DNA of 64,000 bases from Phoronis australis. Lineage: Eukaryota; Animalia; Phoronida. The notes under the pieces are model-generated. The model was not told the origin of the DNA and ran no database searches. It was given only the letters and a program-made list of their open reading frames with translations. The stretch is taken from NCBI GenBank assembly GCA_002633005.1, contig NMRA01000177.1, positions 62,001-126,000 of the forward strand, in the 5' to 3' direction. The translations under genes and the position numbers were made by a program. How positions within the stretch are numbered: the first letter of the stretch is position 1; every line of letters starts with the position of its first letter. Positions 62,220 through 64,000 of the stretch are shown here, piece after piece.

Positions 62220-63121
62220 GTAAGACTTCATTCTCTCTCCTCTTTGGAATTGTTATTTTTATGTACTTCTATCACGCAATGTGGATTTATAAATGTGATT
62301 TTTTACCAAACTGCATTTTGAAAAACAGGTTAATATGTAATATTTCACTTGTCAAAACTGCAGGTTCAGTAAGACAGAGGTAGGTTCTTTGGATAATCAT
62401 ATGACAAATGAAATTTTTTCATTTTGTTTACCTACTTTTGTGATTTATGATATTTTTATTATTGCACGTTTGATGTTTTTGTGACTATTATCCATAAAAT
62501 TGTGGAAAGTTATTAAAGCGGTATTAAACCCATCCATGTTTTCTGTCAAAAAAGTTTTGATTTAAAACGCTTGGTATTACAAAATTGGCATCAAATTATT
62601 CCTCATTCAGTTTAAAAGCGATGTTTGGGCTCGAGAAAATTTACGATCCTACAAACACGCACCTAACCCGAGGATTACAACTGGTATCCTGAAATCAATT
62701 CGTTTCAAAGACATGCTCTACATACCGACCCTTTGCAACTCACACTTTGTCTGAATAATCTCAACATGTCAGCGCAAAAATACACTCTGGACTTAAATTT
62801 CAACTGAGTGACGCTGCGTCCTCTTCGAGTGTTTTCACTATACGAAGTGCCATGGTGGTGATGACGTAAACGGTGGGGAATGAAACAGAGCGTGCGGACC
62901 TAAGCCAGTTCTAGAGGGTTGGACTCTTAATTCGCTGAGAGGTGCATTCAACTTGTTCGTTGACAGATTCCTTAACACCACGTTTGAACCAATATTCGCC
63001 ACGATCCAAGATGGTCCTTTCTCAAAAGTTATAGACGACTCACATTCCTATATCCCAGAACGAGGCTAGTACTGTTAAGTCAACAGGAAGGTGTCTGTTT
63101 ACAGTACTGACCTATTTACAG

Positions 63122-63144
63122 AGAGAAGCCAAAATGAAATTTAA
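63122..63144 (+). CDS. Possible tiny terminal coding exon of the PAN-TLDc gene
   Basis: Branch-like tactgac and ctatttacAG acceptor; a phase-1 join would give (E)RSQNEI-TAA. Splice-signal evidence only; the real next exon may lie beyond the window. Confidence 0.2.
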
Positions 63145-63534
63145 ATTCACACCTTTTCAAGTTTGATGGGACCTATTTGTTGGTCCAGTTTTTATAACCT
63201 TACCGACTTGTTAACATTTATGTTTATTGCCGCGTTTTTTCAAGACAGTCGGTCACGAGAGATTCAGATTACGACTGTTGGTTCCTGGTCGACTCTATTT
63301 CTCGGTTCTCAGGTTTTGCTGTTCTGAAGTGGCCACACTGGGTAAATTACCTGTAAAATGCGATTTTCCAAATGGCATTTCAGATGTCATTGAGCGTTTT
63401 AGTTTCTTGCCCCCATCTACAAATGCTTACGCCTATTAAAGACCAGTATTAGTTTTGCTGAGGCCAGGCAGGGATCTTCGACGTGGTATCGCTAATTCTT
63501 ACGTTTATACAACGTAAGATATAAGGTAGATAGA

Positions 63535-63850
63535 GAATCCTATACGAGTCTAGAAATTGTTTCTCACATGAACCGAAAAACTATCTTTTTGCCAAAAAAC
63601 TCAGCGTGTCTAAAACCTTCGACCACGTTACGCAACTTTAGTAAAATCATGCTTGCGCACTGTAAAGTAAACCCAGTTACTTTTTGTTAATAACTTTACT
63701 TTCAACTTAACATTAGTAAATTGCATTTAGGTTTCGTGACAAACGTTCAAGTTAGAATCTAATAAATATTCTTTGAATTTGTAACATTAAAACTTAACAA
63801 ATGTTTATAAACAGTCAGTAAGTCTTCCCCCGCGTGATCACTGAATTGAC
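63535..63850 (+). repeat. Interspersed repeat, homolog of 48321-48770 lacking the hairpin MITE
   Basis: Colinear with the 48.3-48.8 kb copy; carries the empty insertion site gaatcctatacgagtc. Confidence 0.85.
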
Positions 63851-64000
63851 CTCCGAACTAAACTGGCTATCGCTTATTTCTACCCTTATTAAGTTTTCAC
63901 AACTAAGGATATAAGGTAAACGGTCTCTAAAACGACTTATTACTCACTTAGTGGTTATTTGCCGATCAAATATCACTGTTTTTGTCTCCGACACTTCTGT

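Noticed and set aside
61821-62321. 166-aa alternative-frame ORF within the TLDc exon
   Set aside because: Shadow frame of a genuine coding exon, with no motifs of its own.

Overview
This is intron-rich eukaryotic DNA; the gene content and repeat landscape suggest a marine invertebrate, probably a mollusc or other lophotrochozoan (inference). I reconstructed three + strand genes by hand from GT-AG exons with consistent reading phases. (1) The 3' nine coding exons of a casein kinase I gamma gene (CSNK1G/gilgamesh-like), 2283-16644, ending in the palmitoylation tail TKCCFFRRRKKKR, with two candidate alternative splice events that would change this membrane anchor. (2) A complete 5-exon, 319-aa secreted protein made of signal peptide + PAN/apple domain + fibrinogen C-terminal (FBG) lectin domain, 29308-52922. 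(3) A neighbouring gene whose first exon is a paralog of the same signal peptide+PAN exon (57868-58222), followed in compatible phase by a Cys-enriched TLDc-domain exon (61698-62219). The apparent PAN-FBG / PAN-TLDc pair is the most novel observation: one secretory module coupled to two unrelated domains, including a normally cytosolic TLDc domain. The PAN-TLDc junction is inferred, not shown. The rest is introns and intergenic DNA rich in non-autonomous DNA transposons, a decayed non-LTR reverse transcriptase, an LTR-retrotransposon remnant, tandem repeats, one assembly gap (40358-40542) and one probable assembly-duplication artefact.
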